A DNA stretch of 64,000 nucleotides from the human T2T-CHM13v2.0 reference genome, Homo sapiens (GCF_009914755.1 NC_060931.1), one strand, 5' to 3'; counted from the stretch's first letter, positions 44,941-59,369 are shown. Numbers and translations are program-made. Notes: generated by a model from the letters alone, not told the origin.

Positions 44941-47900
44941 TAGGAAGCAGAAATATAGTACTACTAAATTAAACTTGGTCTTTAAATAATCATTACTTTA
45001 ATACTACTGCTATTAAATTTGGCAAACAGGTTTCATATCAACTTCACACAAAATCTTTTCTGGAATTTGGTGCATTGTGTATTGCTCGAGTCTGGGCTCG
45101 ACAGTCAACAGATAAATCCTAGCCTCATGTGCTGTGAAACCTTGACCAAAAAAAAGCTCACTAGGGTTGTTAATGGTGTTTATGTTATCCTATGACTATC
45201 ATCTTACCATTATTCTACAAAGTTAAACTAGACTGTGACATCTTTGCATAGAATTCATGAGCAGGCTTCCAGAAGATTCTCCTACTTATAGATTTGTGTT
45301 TCCTCAATTTTTGCAGGAGTCATTGAAGCAAATTTAGTGACTAACCAGGTTTGAAACAGACACTCACCCATTGCCCCCAATCCCCTCCAGCCTCTTGGCT
45401 TGGCTTCTCAGTGTGGTAGGCACTGGCAGCTGCCTCAGGGGGTTTTGGCTTGGAGCACAACCTCAACCCAGGGGAACACATATGTGACTGGACCCTGGGT
45501 CACTCACACTCTCCCCAAAATAACTGGAAATGTAGCATTACATTAGCCACAAAAGCCATGGGCTGAAGGGATTAGCTATTACCCTAACAAGTGCAAGCCA
45601 CCAGTCCCAGTACAGCAGAGCCTCCCCAAACCTCTTCCCGCCTAGAAGTGGGGCAGGGGGAGTGGAACGAAAAAGAAAACACCTAGGGTTTTTGTGGACA
45701 GAGACAACTGGCCCACCCCCCAGCATGACACTCCAAGTGCTCTCTCAGCTCTGCTGGGCAGGTGTGCTCAAATGTTCCTTTATCATACACTGGGTCCCAC
45801 TAATCCCATTATGGAGCCTCTCTTTCCCCACCCCCATGCTGCTCTCCAGGCTGCCAGGTTCCAGGTGGGGTTGGCTTTCCATTGTCAGACACTTAAGACC
45901 CTCTCCTTTCCTCCCTGCCTCCTCTTCTTATCTCATGTGACCCTGATCACACTGTTCCTCTATGCAGCCAACTCCCCCACCACTCCCGCAGCCATCTGCC
46001 ATCCGCATCAGCAGCTTTGTCTGTTGCCAGAGTGGAGATCTGGCTGTGTGAGCTGTCACTGTTAGGTGGCACAGCAAATGTGAGCTGCATGCTGGTCAAG
46101 GGGACATTTCACAGGGGGAAGCAACCCGTTAAAAGCCTCCTGGGGACTGGATGGAGATAGTGTCTCTGCCCCAAAGCAGTGGCCAGCTATGACCCAGTGA
46201 CCTCTATTCTGCAGCTTATCATAGCCAACAGAGGGCTGGACAGAGAGCCCAGTGCACCAAGGTCTGTAACAGGCACCATGGCACTGAGCAAAGCCCTTGT
46301 CCTTGTCCTTTTCCACATAAAGAGAGGCTGGCCCAGAAGGTCAGTGTGGGGAGCAGTTCTCTCTCTTGGGCTGACTCAGATAGTTGGATGTTTGCTCCCT
46401 TGAGTGCTCTACTGCTAAGAATTCTGAGGCCAGGTGAGTGCATTAAATCCCAAAGGTGCTCAGCCCTCGGAGGCACTGCCTGGACTCCATCCTCAAGCCA
46501 GGGAGGTTGGTGCAGCGGAAGGTCAGAGACAAGAAGTTACTTGGTCCTTTTCTCCTCAACCAGCATGCTGCCCTCTCTCACATGGGAAAACTGCAGAGAA
46601 TTTGATTTCTTATTCCAAAAAGCAACATAGTAGAGTAGAAAAAAAAACTTATTTAACCAAACCTTCAGAGTCAGTGGATTGGGTTTAAGTTTATACTCTA
46701 AGACTTTGCAGCCATGTATTTCTGGAAAAGGCTATGACCTAATTTCTGCATCAGTGAAAGAGGGGTGATGGCTCCTGTTTTAGAGTTGGTGACAGGACTA
46801 AATGACACAACATATGTCAAATCCATAACAAGTGGCCAGGGACCTGGATCAACAATTTTAAGTTACTGATATGATTAAAAGCTCACACCGTGAGTGCATG
46901 CAATGCCACTGAATTTGTTCATGTTAAAATATCCGACTGTATGTAATGTGAATTCAACTCCATATATTTTTTAAATATAAAAGAGCCCCAAATCTAGACA
47001 ATGCTGTTATTTTTCCTTCTTCAATACATGGAGCACTGGGTGCACAGGGAATGTTAGCCAGCGAGGCCGGTGGGGAGGAAAAGATATCAATGGAGAGAGG
47101 GTACAGGGTCTAGGAGAACAAACAGGCCAGAAGTCAACCCCACCTCCAGGAGCCTCCAGCCAGCCTCACATAAATCCACTGATGTGCAGAGCTTAGGTTG
47201 GACTGAACTCTGAGCACCTGCTGTGTGCCTCACCCCCACAGTCAACAATATCAGGACTTTACAACTACCAGGTGGGGCAGCATGCCAGACAACCAGGAAG
47301 AAGTCACCATGATGGTGTCCCATGGCCGGCACCTCCAAAGGCCATTCCGGAGATGTCCTCAGCCAGTAGATCCTCTGACAGCTCGGAGTGGCCCATTAGC
47401 CACGAGGCTCCCTCCACATGGTGGCCAAACCAGGCACGCTTCCTCCCCAGAAGGGTGGCGGGAGAACAGAGGAACTGAAACGCAGGCAGTCCCCTTTGCC
47501 ACCGTGTCCCTCTGCCTGGTGAGGGTGGGGCAGGGCTGCAAGTCTGAGAAGCCGGCTGAGCCTCTGGTCACCTGCTGGGGCATTGCTGGGCCTTCTGCAA
47601 GTGTTGTGCGATTATTCCAGCTTGCCCTGAGCTGTTCTGTGGGAAACGAAGGGAAGGGCCATGTTTCCATGTCCAGCTGAGAGCCTTAAAGTAGTTGCAA
47701 ACATGCAGATATCTGTAATGGCTCCCAGTGGGCTCCTGAGAGAGGCTGAAGTCAGGAGCCCAGGGTCCACAGATCCAGGCCCACTCTCTCCCATGGAGAG
47801 TCTCCCATCCTGCCTCACTGTACCTTGGGAGGAAGAGCACAGAGGCACTTCCTTCTGATGGCTGTCAGGATGGAGGTCGTTAGAAGGACCTCCTGCTGGT

Positions 47901-49628
47901 GGTCCTCTTACCCACCCCTTGCTGACCAGTCCTGGATCTGCAATCTTGATCTCTTCATTTATTTTCTATTTACTACAATATCTGACCCCTCAGACCCCAG
48001 ACCTGGTACACAGTGCTGTCCCAATAGTAGCCGTAATGAGTCTGCTTCCAGCAGTGTGAAGAAACCCCTGGTCTGATCCACCCAGGACAGGTGAGTAGGC
48101 TCCAGTCTCCCTAACCCTGGGTCCAGGCTCTTCATAGTGGGACCTAGGAAAGGGCCCCAGTGAGGAAGGTCGTGCTTATCAAAGAGCCTGGGCCAGTTAC
48201 AGGAACTTCTAGGGCATATTGCTAGAGGACTGGACACCAAGCCCTGTGCCTGGATCGTGTGAGGCTGCCCCAGGCAAGCACAGAGGGGAGGGAAGGGTAC
48301 ATAGAAGATAAGTAGTAGGGATTCTGAGGATAGATCAGAAAGAAAAGAAGCAGGATGACTTGTGATCACAGATATTGACTGCTGCTGCTCACCTTGCTTC
48401 CCCCAGCACTTCTCCCGGGTTTAAACTCTGGGAGGAGGAGCTCGTATGCTGAGGTCTGACACTGTGTTGGATGTCTCAGCCCCACTCCCCACTCCAGACC
48501 ACGCCCTGCATGCCACCTGTCAACGAAGAATGCACAGAAGCCATGTGACAGGCAGAGAGTACCAGCACTCCACAGCCTTTCCCAGGTTAACAGGTAAGGC
48601 ATATAACCTAAAATTTGCAGAGAAAATAGGACAGATGCAACATTTCTGATACACAGCCAGTTTTTCAATTATAACTCTAAAGCTGTGCTTTCAGTGAGTA
48701 AGAAAACACCAGTACTTAATTATAATGGCCTTAAAGCAGGAAATGGACATTCTAGTACCAAAGAACCTAAGATACAGCAGATACATGTGGAAAAGAAGCC
48801 TCTGGTCTGCAATACTGCTTTCTCCAGCCCAGTGGTCACAGGCCGTTTTCAGGTCCTCCGTGATGGCTCGATCCTGGGACCTGTGACCACATTCTTGCCT
48901 TCAGTGTAGTGTGAATTAAGACTTCCCAATACATCTCATTATAAATAAAGACAGTTTTATTTCTTAGAAGTGTACTTTAGAGAATGCTACTTGAGCCAGA
49001 CTCCATCTTTCTGGGTCTGCTCCATGTTACAAGAGCACTTACTACTCTGTATTGCAATCGCTTGTTATCAAGAGTCTTTTCCTCACTTATAAAGGTAAGC
49101 ACCATTCTATAATTCATCATTGAGTTCCTAGTGGTCAAAAAAGTGCTTAACTTTGAACAAGCCAGATGGGCACTACCTAGCATGCACCCCACCACACCCT
49201 TCCCTGCCCTGCTCCTTGGCACCTAAGGAGACACCACCCATCCCTCACAGAACTCCCAACCACTGAGTCTGGTTGGGACTTATGTCTTTCTCTGTACAGG
49301 GATCCAGGCAGTAACTCCCATGAGATTAGACAAATGTGTCACCCCCATGTCAGGCTCCCATCCTCACCCAAATGGTTCTGTTGAAAAAAATGCATTAAAC
49401 AAAGTCTATCCTAATGGAGCTAAACTTGTTTTTGAATGACCAAGATGAAGAGATAGAAGCTATTTTAACTGGAATTGAAGTTTTCTTAATGGAAAAGTAA
49501 ATGGCCACAAACAGGGGTGTGATAAGGTAGTAACTGGAGCCATAAGAAAGGATAGGAGTTAAAACACAAAAAGTACCAAAATAGGGGGAAATGTTTAGAA
49601 AATGAAAGACCAAAGGAGATTCAGAAAG

Positions 49629-50063
49629 TGTTATGGGTTTAATCATGTCTCCTAAAAGATATTGAAGTCCTAACCCCCCACTACCTCAGAATGGGGCCTT
49701 ATTTGGAAATAGGGATTTTGCAGATGATCAAGTTAAAATGAGGTCATTAGGGTGAGGCCCTAACTGGATAGGCCTGGTGTCCTTATAAAAAGGGAACATT
49801 TACACACAGAGTCACACACAGGGGAAGATAATGTGAAGCATGGCGGTAAGGTGGTTCTCTGCAAGCCAAGAAGCCCCCGGGGCTACCAGAAGCTGGAAGA
49901 GCAAGGATGGATCCTTCCCCTGCAGATTTCAAAGGGAGCTTGGCCCTGTTGAGACCTTGATCTCAGACTTCAGTCTCCAGAACTGTGAGACAATAAATTT
50001 CTGTTGTCCCAAACCAACCGGTTTGGCAGTACTTTGTTCCTGCAGTCTTGGGAGATGAATACA
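49629..50063 (+). mobile_element. MLT1C MaLR solo LTR
   Basis: tgttatggg…ccttatttggaaataggg…ccagaactgtgagacaataaatttctgttg…aataca. Confidence 0.85.
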
Positions 50064-52565
50064 GATGGTGGAGCACAAGCCAGAGGCTGCAGACTCAGAG
50101 GGCAGCAGCTGGGAGGTACTTGGCCAAGACCCTCATTCTCAGCACTGGCGTGACAGAGGAGGGATGGATGGTCACTATAGGGCCATGCAGGAGCTGAACG
50201 GGCAGTCACAGCTTAGGCAGCGTCAGCCAACAGCTGCTATTCGGGAAGGAGTCTAACAATGTGTATTTCTATATGATATATGATTTTTGTTAAAATGTGG
50301 TAATACATTCAAAAATTGCAAATCACAGAACAACATGGTTGAAGCCAAAAAGGAACTTATCTGTGGGTTTGGAGCAGTTTATGGGTTGGACTTATCTTAT
50401 GGGTGAAAATACTTTCCATTTGGTTAGACCACTGCATTCAGGTTTCTTTTATATGCAGCCAAACCTAACCCTAACTGATGCTATCTGTTGGTCTCAATGT
50501 GGCTTAAAAAGAGAATTAGACACCATTATCCTATTGGCTGGCTCTGATGTGGGAAAAACTCATGGTTTTGAAACAGAAAGATGTGGCCTTCGTCATCTGA
50601 CACATGGAAAAAATTACATTTCCGTGAAGGTGGACAAAATAAGACGGAAATCTAAAACTTATTGGCACAGCGTGTAGGGTGTGTACGAGGGTTTGCTAGT
50701 CTCTCAGGATATATCAGTGTCCTTCCCCACACGTGCATTTCTTAAATCAAAATGATACTTTTCTTTCCACGGATTTAAAACATTATAGGTAGGGTGGTAA
50801 AGTGCTGTGCAGAACAGAGGTGAACTCACAGACCTTACGAAGTCACAAAATTGACTCTCAAGGCATGTTACATTCAGAGTGGCTGAGCAGCCTAGAAGAC
50901 TGCACATTCCGGCTAAACCAGAGGGGCTATATCCCATTCCTATAAGCGTTACTGTCCACAAAAGCTAACATTAAATTTGTAGTTTCTTTTTACTCATGTG
51001 CGTAGAAAAGTGGGAGCTGTGTTGGCAGGTAGGTTCTCAAGTGTTGGATGAACAGACACAGCATGTTCCTGTAATCTTCATTTTGACCACTAGGGAAGCC
51101 TGGAAGCTTCCTGGGAAGGATGGGTCCAAGCAGATGCTCCATTATGTCTGAAGGATTTCAGGCACTCGGCTGAGCAGCCACAACGGCAGTGGCCGTGCCT
51201 TCCAAAGGCCTGGGACCGGTTCTGGGTTGGCACAGGCCCAAGGATTCCCAGACCCCAGGCCCCTTGCTGTCAGTGATGTCCAGGGGTCCTGACAGAAGAG
51301 CCCACTGAATGTCAACTGTAGGAATTAATTCCATAGACATGATTCAATTATCATCAATCATCTGTTTATTGTGTTTCTTCATTTGTTAATCTTTTTAAGT
51401 CCTGATTTAAAAAAAAAAAACTGGTATTGTTAATAAGAAGAAACTCAAAAAACGGGTCCCAGTTTGTTTATACTTATTGATCTACACTGTCCGTGGGCAC
51501 ACCAACCACCGAGAAACTCCAGAATAGGTGAATTCCTGTTAATATTTCAACATGCCTCATAGGAATTTTATCACAGGAATGGACCTCAGGGAGTGTAGTC
51601 CCATTTTTGCTAAGGTCAAGGTGCCAGAGAATACTTGATTTCAAATCTCAGTCTTAGTAAGGTACTCATGCTTCAAGACACAGTTGAAATGTACCCTTCC
51701 ATGGCAGTCTGCCATGCTTACTAACTTGTGTTCAGAGCACTCAATCCCCCATGCCCAGAATCTGTGATCACTGGGTGTGCTGGGCACCTTAAAATAAGCT
51801 TTCATGATCTTCAGTAATTTCACTAGCAGATGACAGCCAAAAGCCTATGAGAGTTCAATGAGGCCCCTGAAATAAGTCTAATTCAAAATCAAAAGCTTTC
51901 CTGGAAGTTCTGTAAGCTGCATCACTTCAGTTTCTACACAGGCACAAACAGACAAACAGGAGGGAGAGGCAGCCTGCAAAGCTTTCTTTGCTTATTATAC
52001 CACATGTCACTCATGTTAGACTTTGAACAACTATTTATAATAGATTTTAAAACACACCTGTATTACAGGGCCAGTTACACCATACTGTAATTTATTTTGC
52101 ATGTCTAAGCCCCCTTTCAAAGAATCAGTGAAACTGTAACGGGGAGAAACTATGTCTGAGGCACATGTTCCTCCCCAAGCTTCAATCACAGAACTTGGCA
52201 TAAAATAGACCTTCACAGCATAAATGATCTACTGCAATGGATGGCTAAAAATAGAGGTGGGGAGGGAATACAAGCACAATTTTTAGGAAATTAATTTTCA
52301 AAAAGTCACTGGAGTAGAGGAAGTCATTTACAATGTGTCACTCCACGTGAAAGCCCCTTGCATCCCCTTCTCGCTGTTCTCATTTTTTGTCCCTGCTCTC
52401 ATTCACGTCTTCTCTTCCCTCCTGTCTTGGGGAGTTCAGGATCCTCATGTTCTAGGCTAGTCCCACTCACCTCTGCAGTTGATATTATTTCCTCCTACAT
52501 CCCTTCGACAGTTATTTGACAAATGTCTTGGTGAGACCTTCTACAAAAATTGAGTGAGCTGGGTG

Positions 52566-52968
52566 GTATAATGGACTAAATTGTGTTCCCCCAAAATTCC
52601 TATGGTGAAGCCCTAACCCCTAATATAACTATATTTGGAGATAAGGTCTTTATGGAGGTAAATAAGGTTAAATGAGGTCCTAAGAGTGGGTCCCTAACCT
52701 GCTAGGACTGGTGGCCTTATAAGAATAGGAAGAGAGAAAAAGAGTAGGGTACTCTCTCCACCACCCCTGTATGCACAGAGAAGAGGCCATGTCAGGACAC
52801 AGCAAGAAGGCAGCCGTCTACAAGCCAGGAAGTGAGCCCTCACCAGAAACCAACGATGGCACCTTTATCTTGTCATCTGAACTCCAGAACTGTGAAAAGA
52901 TAAATTTCTGTTGCTTAAGCCACCCAGCCTATGATACTATGTTATGGCAGCCCAAGCCAACTAGGACA
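52566..52968 (+). mobile_element. MLT1A/A0 MaLR solo LTR
   Basis: tgtgttcccccaaaattc…gaagccctaacccc…gagccctcaccagaaacc…ataaatttctgttg. Confidence 0.85.
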
Positions 52969-53099
52969 GATGGGGAGTGTGGGAAGTAAGTAAAGTGTTT
53001 GGAATACCTCCAGTGGGGGTAAAGAAAGAAATTATATATCCACTGAAGAGAAGGATTTCTTTGCAGTTCTTGAGGGCCCTGTTGGCTAGGATCACACAC

Positions 53100-53930
53100 A
53101 TCCTTCTGATTTCTCCCAAGTCTGTGACCACTTCCTTCTAGTGTCCTTAGCTAGCAACTCTCCTTCTGCTGTAAAATGTTAGGCTTCCCCTGTGGCCTTC
53201 CTGTCTCCCTTTACATAGGCTACACATGCTCCCTTAGTTGCCTTGTCACCTCCCTAGCATCAGCCACCACCACGTGTTAATGACCAACCTCCTGTGTCTT
53301 CTGTACAGCCTTCCTTCCCCAACTCCCAAATAGCATTTCCAACTCCTTACTAAGAGTCCCCCAGGTATTGAAAATTCAACATATCTAAAAGAAAACACAT
53401 CATCTCTATCCCCTTAGACTGATCGTCCACTCAGCCCTCAGCACTTCCATGCTGCTGCTTGACCAGACAAAAAGCACTAGATCAATCCCTGGGCATCCCT
53501 GCCTTTGTTTATCATGTTTCTTTAACATCTTTGGTCCAGCCCAATTTACTCTTCTGACTGGATGATTGTGATACAGTCATCCTTTCTAGTCATATTCTTG
53601 GCTTCAATTCATTCCTCACATGACAGCTGCAATGCTCTTCTGATTACACTGCCCCACTGCTTAGTGCAGTTTAAGAGCCCAGGTTAAAGTCCAAACTGCC
53701 TGCCAGACCCTTCAGATCTGTCCCTGATTCATCTGCAGCCTCATCCCTCACCATTCCCCAGTGCTCACCTCCCAGTGTGTAGCATAAACTCACTTTGCTC
53801 ATGGCTTCTCACATTCTACGCTTCTGCCTAACTGGCCCCCACCTTGACCCACTTTATATCGAACCAACCCATGTTGTCTTTCAAGAATCTCCTCCTAGGA
53901 AGTTTCTTCTAATTCCCTAGATGCTTAAGT
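53100..53930 (+). mobile_element. L2 fragment
   Basis: Pyrimidine-rich L2 ORF2/3' text (aaattcaacatatctaaa; aaagtccaaact; tttcaag…aagtttcttctaattccc). Confidence 0.6.
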
Positions 53931-54134
53931 CATTTTAGCTGTCTAAGGCCAGCTCACTATCAGTAGGATAGAGATAGTGTTTGACCCTATAGAGAGAGTA
54001 GTGTGCTGGCATGTTGTGGCTTATGTAGATAAACCCACAACTAAGTGCTCCTCCTAATGCCTGGTACCCACGTGCTCAATAAACGCTCACTGCTGATGTT
54101 TTTATTTTCATTTTTATTGTTACAATCATCTACT

Positions 54135-54546
54135 TTGTTCAACTTGGGCTGCAATGACAGAATACCGTGGACTAAGCATCTAAAATAACAGACATTTATT
54201 TTCTCACAGTTCTGGAGGCTGAAAGTCTTGATCAGAATGTCTGCAGCATGGTTGGGTTCTGGTGAAGGCCTTCTTCCTGACTTGCAAATGGTCACCTTCT
54301 CTCTGTGTCCTCACATGGCAGGGGGAAGGCGGAGAGGGAGAGAAAGAGAAAGAGAGATGAAGACAAAAAGTGAGTGAACTCTGGTCTCTCTTGTCTCTTC
54401 TTATAAAGACACTTAATCCTATCATGGGCCCACCCATCACCTCATCTAAATTCAATCTCCCCCAAAGACCCCACTTCCAAATATCACCCCATTGGGGGTT
54501 AGAGCTTCAACATATGAATTCGAGGGGGAATATTTAGTCCATAACA
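54135..54546 (-). mobile_element. MLT1A-type MaLR solo LTR
   Basis: aacagacatttattttctcacagttctggaggctg…gcttcaacatatgaatt…agtccataaca. Confidence 0.85.
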
Positions 54547-54586
54547 TCGTCATTATGTGCTGCCATTTAGAGTTTGTCATAGTGAC

Positions 54587-57036
54587 TGTCTTAGTCTACC
54601 TGTGCTGCTGTAACAAAATACCTGAAACTGGGTAATTTATAAAGAACAGAAATGTATTTCTCACAGTTCTAGAGAAAGGGAAATCCAAAATCAACATGCC
54701 AGCAGGTTCAGCCTTCTGGCGAGGGTCGAGTCTCTACTTCCAAGAGGGCACATTGAATGCTGCATCCTCCAGAGTGGAGGGACGCTGTGTCCTCACATGG
54801 CAGAGACCTCAGAAGGGCAAAAAGAGATGAACCACTTCCATCAAGTTTTTTCATAAGGGCATCTAATCCTATCATGAGAACAGAGCCCTCATGACCCAGT
54901 CACCTCCCAAAGACCTCATTTCCCAATATGGTTGCAGTGGGGATTAAGTTTCAACATAAATTTTGGAGGGACATGAACATTCAAACAATAGCATTTTGCT
55001 CCTGGCCCCCAAAGTTCACTTCTTTCTTACATAAAAAGAAAATGCAGTCACTCCATTTCAACAGCCCCAGTAGCCCCCAAGTCTTAATTTATCTCAGAAT
55101 TAATTTTAAATTTTAAATCCAGTCTCATGTAAACATCATGTGGGTGAGACTCAAGGAACTATTCATCCTAAGGCTAATTTCCTCCCAGCTGTGAACCTGT
55201 AAAATCAAATTAGATATGTATTTCCAAAATACAATAGTGGGACAGGCATCCATGTTATTCCATAGATAAAAAGTGTTTACCACAAGTATACCGCAATTTA
55301 CTTATTCATTCTCCTAGTGATAGACATTTGGGCTGTTTCCGGATTGGGGCTATTATAAATAATGCATCTATAAACATTTTCATACAAAACTTTTACAAGA
55401 AATACTTACATTAGAACATTTTCATTTCAAAAGAGAGAAATAAGAAGAAAGAAATGACAAGTCCGAAACACAACAGAGCAAACATTAAATCTTAAGGCTA
55501 GAGAATAATTTTCTTTGAGTCCATGTATCACCTTCCAGACATACTGGGGCAGAGATTTGCCCTCAAGATTCCTGGCAGCCCCCACCCTCATGGCTCTGCT
55601 AGAGATTTTTGTTTTTGCTCATACCACAGTTCTCTCAGGTGGGAGTCCAGGTGCCTACAGCCCTCCCAGGCTGGTGCTGCACACTGGTGTTTCTATAGCC
55701 ATGAGGTCTCTGGGGGTGGTCCTGTCCCCACAACTTCACTAAGCATTCCCATAGGGTGGGTTCTCTGTAACAGCCCCACCGCTGTGGCAGATATGCCTTG
55801 GCCTCAAGGCATTCTTGAAAATCTAGGTGGAGGTAGCTATGCCTCCACAGCTCTTGCATTCTGCTTGCCTGAAAAATTAGCACCACATAAACAACATTAA
55901 ATCTCACTCCCTGTGTCTTCTGTAGCAGTGGCCCCAGCTGCATGTAGGTCCCCTCTAAGCCATAGCAGGGGTGGCCAAGGAGCATTACACCAGAATGTGG
56001 AGAACAGAGACTTGGGACAGCCTTGGGCCACAAACCCTGAGGTCCTATGGGTATCCTGGTTTCTCCCCAGAAACTGTTCTGCCCGCAAGGCCCTAGAACT
56101 CTGGGCCTGCAATGAGCATGGGAACCCCAAATATATCCGAAATGGCTTTGGGGTCATCATCCATTGTCTTGATGAATAGCATCTGGTCCCTTCTATCCAT
56201 GTTAATTTCCTTACCAAATGTTCATTTGGCCATACCCTTGGTTTTCTCTTCTAAGCATACATATTTATTCTTTAAATGGACAAGCTTAGAATTTTCAAAA
56301 TCTTTAGGTTCTGTTTTACTTTTAATTACAAATTCCATCTTTAAATCATTTCTCTCTTCTTTCGTTTTACTATAAGCAGTTAAGAGAAGCCATACAGTAT
56401 CCTGAACACTTTGCTAGAAGAAATTTCTTCCACCAAATATCCTAGTTTATCGCTCTTAAGTTGTGCATTCTACAAAGTCCCAGGACAATGACAGAAGTCA
56501 GTCAAGTTCTTTGTAACAAGAATGGCCTTTCCTCCAGTTTCTCATACCTGTCTCTCACTTTCATCTGAGACCTCAGCAGAATAGTCTTCAATGTCCATGT
56601 TTCTATCAGCATTCTGGCCAAGCACTTAAGTAATCTCTAAGAAGAATGAGGTTTTCCTACAGCTCTCCTTTTCTTCCAAGCCTTCACCACCATCACTGTG
56701 AATGCACCACTCTTGGCAATCTGGGCTTTTTCCTGCATTCCCTTCAAACCTGTTCCAGTGCCAGCCATCATCCAGTCCCAAAGCCATTTCCACAGTTTTA
56801 GGTTTTTGTTGTAGCAACACCCCAATTCCCTGGTACCAATTTTTGTTTTAGTCAGTTCGTGCTGCTATAACAGAATACCTGAGAGTGGGGAATTTATAAA
56901 GAACAAAAATTTATTTCTCACAGTTCTAGAAGCTGGAGAGTCCAAGATCAAGGTGCCAGCAGGTTTCTTATCTGCTGAAGATCCAGTCATTGCTTCCAAC
57001 AATTTTGGAGAGGACAAAAACATTTAAACCATAACA
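54587..57036 (-). mobile_element. Full-length MST (MSTB/C/D-type) MaLR: LTR 54587-54993, internal region, internally deleted LTR 56844-57036
   Basis: Two related LTRs with TG/CA termini, MaLR-int (ggtaccaattt junction, VEMALGL…W ORF remnant), TSD gtgac/atgac. Confidence 0.85.
55247..55406 (+). repeat. 160-bp direct copy of 59667-59820 inserted in MST-int
   Basis: 8 substitutions and one indel (net 6 bp) between the two copies. Confidence 0.95.
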
Positions 57037-58151
57037 ATGACCTATCAAATAATACTATGTAGCTAGCTAGCTACTTATCTACCTGAGGAGACTCTCCAGA
57101 TGGTGAGGCAAGGTCAAAGGGAAGGATGGCTAGAGTGTTAATTACTAGGCAGTGGTGACTTGATGCAAACAAGATGGGACTGAAGCTTTGAGTTCCTATG
57201 GCATACTCACAATCACAATCTCCCCCTATTCAGAGACCATCTTTTAAAATTCATCTGTTTGGATCATTCCCCTCTCTCTTCTCAACCCTTTGGTTGGTTT
57301 GTTAGAAGCTGCACACATATCCTTTGTTAAGGAGGATGGCATACTTTCTTTGATGCACTGGACTATGAAGAGCAGGACTAGTTATTTCCGCACCTTTGGG
57401 AGGCATGATTTTTCTCTTTGCTGTCTTGAGTTTGCCTTTTTCTCAAAGTCATAGTGTTGATATCTAGAGTCCTAATGTTGCACGGGGCAGAGTGGATGCT
57501 CAGAAGGGCTGGTTTCAGCCATGGAGGCTGCAGACTTCACTGTTGCCTGACCTCAGAGGTGCCTACAGCTCCAGTGGTCCACAGAGTTAAAACCAGATGA
57601 CTGTACAAAGATTTGGGGCCAAGGCCTATTGAGTAATGCCAGAGAATATGCATGCCTGAGCTTGTCCCCATGGCGAGCATCAGCTTTGGAAAGCTGAGTG
57701 GCAGTAGGTGGGAATTAAAAACACAAAGCCATCTCGAGCTTATGTTATGCCATGACATAAAAATTTGGATGACTTTGGCTTTGAGTGTTGTAAATCAGCA
57801 ATATCAACAGCTCATCATCTGGCAGGGCTCGGGATGAGATTCCAGTGGTGGCTGCCACATACCTGGAGCTGGCTGTGACATCGACAGCACACTCACAGGC
57901 CAGCAGCCTGCTGCTGCCACATCGCCCAGCCCTGTCCATGTGCTTCAGCAAGGGCTCTCGGAGTCCTCCAAGCTCTGCTGCTCAGTGCCTTTAAGTGAGT
58001 TTTTTCATTTCCCTGCTTTTCACTCAGCCTATTTGGCTTCTGTTCCCATGGAACTGCTCTCTCTTTTCATCATATTCAATGAGCTCTTTTTGTTTTGGTG
58101 AGGGGACATATATTTCACATTTCATTCAGCCACATAAAAAGTGACTGAGGG

Positions 58152-58707
58152 TGTGCTGCACCCATCAACTCGTCATTTAACATTAGGTATAGCACCTACA
58201 TGGCACATGTATACATATGTAACTAACCTGCACGTTGTGCACATGTACCTAAAACTTAAAGTATAATAAAAAAAATAGAAAATAAAGAAACACAATGACC
58301 TGGATGTGCAGGGGTGAGGAGAGTTCAGGTTCTAAATGGTGGTTTAACAATTACATAATACGTTAGCATCTGAGAATAGGCATACAAGAAAAAAAATCAC
58401 TGGGAACAAAGATCAGAGAAAAATGTTTAAACTAAAACATACCTTCTTCAATATAAGAAGTACCCCTTGTAGTTTGTTTTGGCTCACTTGAACTTAGCAG
58501 GACATTTTGTCCAAAATTCTACAAAAATAGAATATTGAATTAAAACATATCTCCATATTTAAAATTCATAATATGTTCATGAGCTTTTAAAAAACTTTTA
58601 ATTGCTGTATATATTTTTAGCTATAATTGTTCATGTAACTTGCATATTACATTTTTTAGAGCTGAATTCAAGAATTATTATAATAAAGATTTCTATGGTA
58701 ATGGAAA
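58152..58707 (+). mobile_element. Short 5'-inverted L1PA (PA3/4-like) insertion with a 3' transduction
   Basis: Inverted L1 3' UTR 58152-58191, sense L1 end and A-tail 58192-58290, unique DNA 58291-58704 with AATAAA at 58682, TSD AAAAAGTGACTGAGGG (58136-58151 / 58708-58723). Confidence 0.9.
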
Positions 58708-59369
58708 AAAAAGTGACTGAGGGAAAGCAAAACTGAAATATTACACTTACCTTGAAAACATTATTGAATTATTTTCCCTATGTAGTAAAATTATTTGTCT
58801 TGTGACTGACACTTTCTTAACTGTGCAGCAAGCAGCTCATCTGTGTGAGACCCCTGGCAAGCCCATAGCATTCAGGCCAGTGTCTGGGGACTGATGAGGA
58901 CACAGGATTGTCTACCCGGAAGTGCACCTTGTCGTGCCCAGGCTGGCTCCAGGCCTGAATAGGTTACATCACGTAATAGAAGGGATGTCAATATATGGAG
59001 AAATGGAAAACAAGAGTTCTGAGATCATTACTTCCTGGGTCCCTGTGAAAATGCAGAATAAACACTTTATGGAGCACAGCGTAAAGCGAGGAACATCTCT
59101 ATCCTACTTGGTGTTTCCATACACTAATTTATCAAGTCCTCATTTTGTCTGGCATTTGCTACAGGAATGAGATAATTTGTCTAGTTTCTTTCACTTAGTA
59201 TTATTTTTAATATGGAACAAATATAACTTTATACATAATGATGAACAGGAAAAAAATCATTATTCTTTTACTCTCATTTTTCTCTTCCTATTCTCTCTCC
59301 CTCCCTTCCTCTTTCCCCTTCCCTCTCACTTTCTCCCTCTCTACTCCTTTTCCTCATTTTACTTTTTAT

